Positions 59,523-64,000 of a stretch of 64,000 nucleotides of DNA are shown here, in pieces; position 1 is the first letter of the stretch; every line of letters begins with the position of its first letter. This stretch comes from Spirochaetia bacterium (lineage in GTDB: Bacteria > Spirochaetota > Spirochaetia > UBA9216). The notes beneath the pieces were generated by a model. The model was not told the origin of the DNA and did no database searches. It saw only the letters and a list, made by a program, of their open reading frames with translations. The position numbers and the translations under genes are program-made. The stretch spans positions 256,001 to 320,000 of the forward strand of contig OZ223270.1 of assembly GCA_965140585.1 (NCBI GenBank), read 5' to 3'.

Positions 59523-60200
59523 TTAAAAGGCTCCGTATTCTTCAAGATTTTCAATTTCCAGGGCAACCGACATTCGGCACTTGTAGCTGCCTGAATCAAT
59601 TGTAATATAGGGAACTGAATTAATTCTGACCCTGCCGCTGACAGATCTCGGTTTATTGTAGATCCGCGGCTGAAGATAGTCACGCAATGCCTGTTTTACT
59701 GAATTATTGATGGCATCAATTTTACCATCGTAGCCTTTAACAAATCGGCCCTCCCCGATTGATGAAACCCTCGACAGGGTTCCACTGTCCCAGCTTATAT
59801 ACCACGGCAGCTGATATTCATGCAGATCGTAGGATAATTCAACTATATAAAGGTCTCCTTCCTTCCTGCTGGATTTCACCTTCAAAGCCTCATCGCCCCA
59901 TGGAATTGAATGAACCGGAGAGAGTTCAAATTCCTCTTTAATGCTTCTTATGGAATCGTAGGGAACGTACCTGAAGCTGAACCCGTAAATCATTCCGGAA
60001 TAGACATATACAGCCTCATCAAGGATCTGTCTAAGGTACTCTTCATCCGAGGTTTTATCCTCTTTAAACGGATCGGTATTTTCGAGCACAGTAAAAAAAC
60101 TGCCTGTAAACCTTATCTGATCATACTCAGGATCAGCCTCTCCAAATAGAGCTCCGGAGAAAATCAGCAGTATTGAAAGGATAAAAAGGATTCTCTTCAA
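59523..60200 (-). CDS. Exported hypothetical protein
   Basis: Signal peptide, 225 aa, tightly linked downstream of the rhomboid gene. Confidence 0.7.
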   Translation of the reverse strand: MKRILFILSILLIFSGALFGEADPEYDQIRFTGSFFTVLENTDPFKEDKTSDEEYLRQILDEAVYVYSGMIYGFSFRYVPYDSIRSIKEEFELSPVHSIPWGDEALKVKSSRKEGDLYIVELSYDLHEYQLPWYISWDSGTLSRVSSIGEGRFVKGYDGKIDAINNSVKQALRDYLQPRIYNKPRSVSGRVRINSVPYITIDSGSYKCRMSVALEIENLEEYGAF

Positions 60201-60206
60201 ATTCTC

Positions 60207-60845
60207 CTACCAGCGGCTTCCGCCTCTTCCCCTGAGGGCATCTATAGGATTTGTTCCCTCTCTGACAATAAAATAAAGAAATGCAAAACCAAAGCCGGCA
60301 AGATGAGTGAGGTGAGCAACCCCCGTCCTGAATCCTGCAAACTGGTAGAAAATAGAAATACCTGCAAATAAAAGGACCAGAGTTCTGGCTTTCAGCGGAA
60401 TAATTCCGAATACATATATCAGTGAATCAGGATAGTAAACTGCATATGCAAAGGTAACAGCATATACTGCTCCTGAGGCTCCAAGCAGAACGACATTCAT
60501 CCCGGTAAGAAAGTAGACAATAAAGGAAAAGACACCGGCAAGAGCCCCTGTCAGAAGGTAGAAAAGCAGGAATTCGCGGCTTCCCATCCGACGTTCAACG
60601 GCCTGTCCGAAGAAAAAGAGGGCCAGCATATTGAATGCTATATGGCTTATTCCGGAGTGGACAAACATGTAGGTAACAAACTGCCAGACAAAGCCGTGAA
60701 GAACCAGTGAGGGAACCATGGCCAGATAGTAAAAACTGCTGGATGCAATCATTGTAAGCATAAAAACTGCAAGATTTATCCCGATAATTATAAAAGATAC
60801 ATTTGAATAGGTGTATCGAAAAGGTTTCCTGAGAATGTTGTTCAT
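60207..60845 (-). CDS. Rhomboid family intramembrane serine protease
   Basis: WQFVTYMFVH, HIAFNM, GASGA, AHLTHLAG. Confidence 0.93.
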   Translation of the reverse strand: MNNILRKPFRYTYSNVSFIIIGINLAVFMLTMIASSSFYYLAMVPSLVLHGFVWQFVTYMFVHSGISHIAFNMLALFFFGQAVERRMGSREFLLFYLLTGALAGVFSFIVYFLTGMNVVLLGASGAVYAVTFAYAVYYPDSLIYVFGIIPLKARTLVLLFAGISIFYQFAGFRTGVAHLTHLAGFGFAFLYFIVREGTNPIDALRGRGGSRW

Positions 60846-60937
60846 GCTCTATAAAGTAAAACTTTTACGAGCCGCGGTCAAGAAATCTATTAATATTAAG
60901 ATCATTGAATATTCACATGGGAAGTGTTATTATTTAA

Positions 60938-62533
60938 TTGGTGAGAAAGCTTTTATTTGTTTTTACAGGCTTAATTATTCTCTTTTCCTGCAGTGATAAT
61001 CCAGGTGATTTTTCCTTTGACGGCGACTACACCTCTGTAAAAGAAACGTACACCGATGCCGACGGGATTGCTGAATGGATAGTAAATGAAGCCGAAAATA
61101 ATAAAGATATCACAGAACTGAGATCAATCGGGACTTCCGCAGCCGGAAGGGACATCTACGCGATAGAGATTTCCGATAATCCGGGAGAAGCAGAGACTGA
61201 ACCGGCAATCCTCATCAATGCCGGAATTCACGGAAACGAACAGATTTCTTCAGCTGTAGCAATGCAGATGATCGACTACCTGATTACAGCCTACAGATAC
61301 TATACAGACCCTGATTCTTTTGAGGACTATGAAGGCGATCTTCCCACCGAAGAGGAAACACTTCTTGTTGCCGATCTGGTTGAAAACTACAAGCTGCATT
61401 TCATTCCAGCAGTTAATCCGGACGGTCTGGATGCCGGCTCAAGATATAATGACAACTACGTGGATATCAACCGTAATTTCGACTATACCTGGGATGAATC
61501 AGAATGGAATAACGGCGATGAAGCCTTTGATCAGTCTGAAAGTCAGGCACTCCGTGATGACTATATCAAATACGGCTATGTCCTCTCAATCAACATGCAT
61601 ACAGCCGCATCTGGAACATATGATACAGAAAGCGGTCCCGGCATTTACGGAGCCTGGGACGCCATATCATCTGAGTTCGCGAAGGACGATGGACTTGATG
61701 AAGACAGCGACGGCGATGAATCCGACTACAAGGAAACATACCTTCCGAATTATGAGATAATACAGGAACTTGGAAACAGCTACGCTTCAGAGGTAACCGA
61801 ATCATCAAGCTATCTTTTTGAGAATTTCGGATTTAATATCGGCGCGGACTGGTATGTAATGTACGGCTCAATGGCCGACTGGGCGCTTGGAGAGAGGGGT
61901 TCTGTTTCATTTACAGTTGAACTTCTTGAAGGACAGCGATCAACAGAAGAAGATTACTACCTTGCAGAAGAGGCCTGGAAAGCACATAAAAACGCATTGC
62001 TCAAGCTTGCAAAGGCCGGGTCGAGATCCATTAAAGGCCGGATTTTTGATGACTCTACTGACTTTGTCATTGAAAACGCAAGGGTAAGCCTTGAATACAC
62101 CGGAAGCACATCAAGGGCTATTTCATTCACACCGGTTCCCTACAGAAACCTTGCAGGATATACCGGTGAAGAAGGTACTTTCGGCCTCCTGACCCCTGCC
62201 GGAATTTATAACCTGACTGTAACAGCAGACGGATTTGAAGATGCGGTGTTCACTGTCTCACTGACACCTGAAGGAAGTACATTATTTATTTCAGAATCCG
62301 GAGGCCGATTCAGTTCACTTTATGATATCCCCGGCTACTATCTGACACCTGCAGACCGGACTCCCGAACTTGAAGAAGCAGAAATAATTTCAGATAATTC
62401 AGAAGATGCTGAATTAATTATTCAGGAAGAGGGTTCCGGGACTCCGAAAAATGAAGGCTTGATTCTTCCGGAATACTACAACGGTATCACATCGGGCGAA
62501 ATTCTCCCCGAAACTGAACAAACTGTCGAATAA
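60938..62533 (+). CDS. M14 zinc carboxypeptidase lipoprotein
   Basis: Lipobox LFSC; HGNE, NPDG, DINRNF, INMH, FTVE; C-terminal regulatory-like beta domain. Confidence 0.88.
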   Translation: MVRKLLFVFTGLIILFSCSDNPGDFSFDGDYTSVKETYTDADGIAEWIVNEAENNKDITELRSIGTSAAGRDIYAIEISDNPGEAETEPAILINAGIHGNEQISSAVAMQMIDYLITAYRYYTDPDSFEDYEGDLPTEEETLLVADLVENYKLHFIPAVNPDGLDAGSRYNDNYVDINRNFDYTWDESEWNNGDEAFDQSESQALRDDYIKYGYVLSINMHTAASGTYDTESGPGIYGAWDAISSEFAKDDGLDEDSDGDESDYKETYLPNYEIIQELGNSYASEVTESSSYLFENFGFNIGADWYVMYGSMADWALGERGSVSFTVELLEGQRSTEEDYYLAEEAWKAHKNALLKLAKAGSRSIKGRIFDDSTDFVIENARVSLEYTGSTSRAISFTPVPYRNLAGYTGEEGTFGLLTPAGIYNLTVTADGFEDAVFTVSLTPEGSTLFISESGGRFSSLYDIPGYYLTPADRTPELEEAEIISDNSEDAELIIQEEGSGTPKNEGLILPEYYNGITSGEILPETEQTVE

Positions 62534-62600
62534 TCCGCAATATTTCATAGACATTAGACTCAATATACACTAATCTTTTTCTCCGGACAGGAGGCTGACT

Positions 62601-63878
62601 TTGGAAAAATTTGATGTAATCATTGTTGGTTCCGGACCGGCCGGACTTGGCGCAGCTTTTCATCTTATCCGAAACAAACCCGATCTAAAAATTCTTATGC
62701 TCGAAAGCGGAAAGGTCTCAAGCGGCGGACTGCGCAACGACTGTAAAATGAATTTCACCTTTCCCATCGGATTCCCGCTTGAAAACTGGAACCGGGAACA
62801 GGCGGACCAATATCTTGAACTGGTGATTAAGGAACTGCAGCCGCAAATTTTTGAAAAGAAAAACCTTTCAACCTACTTTAAAAGAGCTGAAAAGCTTGGA
62901 GTCGAACTGCTCAATATCCGGCAGACCCATCTGGGCACCGACGGCGGGCTGAAACTGATCAAAAAACTGGTTTCAGAACTTGAAGAAGCCGGTGTTACGG
63001 TCCGACTGCAGGAGGAAATGCTCTCTGTCGACTCTGCTTCAAAAACAGTTACTACATCAAAATCTGAATTAGGGTATGAAAAACTGTTTGTGGCACCCGG
63101 ACGAAAGGGTTTCAGATTCCTTCAGACAATAATGGACAGCATTGATGTCGGCTACATCGATCACATCGTAGATATCGGGATCAGAATAGAAACAAGGATA
63201 GAACACTATCCGATAGTGTCGGATTATTACGACCCCAAGTTCATCTTTCCTGATAAGGTACGAACTTTCTGTACAAACAGCGGAGCCGCCCATGTAGTCA
63301 TGGAAAAGTATCAGACTAATAATGGAAAGGAATATTTCAGTGTTAACGGGCATGCCTACTCCGGAGAAAGAGAACCAAACGGCCTGGTTAACTTTGCAAT
63401 GCTTAAAACCGTAAAATTTACCGAACCCCTGGCAAGCGGACAGGAATTTGCGGAAATCCTGGGACTCCAGGCCATGCTGATGGGCGGGGGAAAACCTATA
63501 ATGCAGAGAGTCGGGGACTTCAGACTCGGCAAACGTTCAAAGGCAGGAAGCTTCAACGATGACCTTTATGATTTCAAGCCGACTCTTCCCAACTGTACTC
63601 CAGGAGACATCAGCCTTTCAATGCCTTCCCGAATCCTCAGGGGCATCTGGAAGTCCATGAAATCACTTGATACTATCATCCCCGGAGTTCTGCACCCGGG
63701 AACTATCATGTACTATCCTGAAATTAAACTTTATGCAAACAAGCCGGTTTTTAAAGATAGTCATTTCAAGGTCTACGACAGCATATACCTCGCAGGTGAC
63801 GGTGCCGGAACAAGCAGGGGAATCACTGCAGCCTGGGCAAGCGGCATTCGGGCGGCTGATGGAATTCTTGCAGGCTAA
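62601..63878 (+). CDS. FAD-dependent oxidoreductase (uncharacterised dehydrogenase family)
   Basis: GSGPAG, TFCTN, VNGH, PEIK, GDGAGTSRG. Confidence 0.88.
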   Translation: MEKFDVIIVGSGPAGLGAAFHLIRNKPDLKILMLESGKVSSGGLRNDCKMNFTFPIGFPLENWNREQADQYLELVIKELQPQIFEKKNLSTYFKRAEKLGVELLNIRQTHLGTDGGLKLIKKLVSELEEAGVTVRLQEEMLSVDSASKTVTTSKSELGYEKLFVAPGRKGFRFLQTIMDSIDVGYIDHIVDIGIRIETRIEHYPIVSDYYDPKFIFPDKVRTFCTNSGAAHVVMEKYQTNNGKEYFSVNGHAYSGEREPNGLVNFAMLKTVKFTEPLASGQEFAEILGLQAMLMGGGKPIMQRVGDFRLGKRSKAGSFNDDLYDFKPTLPNCTPGDISLSMPSRILRGIWKSMKSLDTIIPGVLHPGTIMYYPEIKLYANKPVFKDSHFKVYDSIYLAGDGAGTSRGITAAWASGIRAADGILAG

Positions 63879-64000
63879 TTTCATCAATAAACTTGATTTC
63901 AGGTTTCCGAAAGCTTAAGTTTAAGTAGTAGGAACCTCCAGCGCGGGGAGAACACCGAGCAAAACAGATATTCAATATTTGCTGCCCTGAATATCGAGCA

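Noticed and set aside
63931-63955. GGAACCTCCAGCGCGGGGAGAACAC resembling a type I-E CRISPR repeat
   Set aside because: Single copy within the visible sequence, weak internal palindrome, no cas genes; may be the 3' end of a minus-strand gene entering from beyond the window.

Overview
A 64 kb bacterial chromosome segment, most likely from a free-living anaerobic spirochete (Spirochaetaceae-like). This is inferred from the signal-peptide style of several binding proteins and from the gene content; it was not confirmed by any search. There is no CRISPR array, rRNA or complete tRNA. The left ~21 kb looks accessory. It starts with the 3' part of a tRNA-Arg(CCT), a probable att site. It then carries a LacI/TAXI-TRAP/DHDPS-family module, decayed IS256 and IS3 copies around a PAS chemoreceptor, and a FadR-controlled TRAP/DUF169/2-hydroxyacid dehydrogenase/lipoate ligase/enolase-family module. 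A cellobiose/cellodextrin utilisation cluster follows at 22-35 kb (GH5-HEAT, GH1, ABC transporter, LacI, two GH94, ROK). The best candidate for an undescribed system is at 35.6-42.3 kb: a glycyl radical enzyme with an unusual active-site loop (GCLD) and no adjacent activase, a TctB-TctA-TctC transporter and a MerR regulator. Two near-identical MerR-type promoters with 19-bp spacers link these genes. The rest is mostly core-like (bcp, MCP, GGDEF, pfkA, ppk1, Nudix, rhomboid, M14 peptidase). All functional calls come from motif recognition only.
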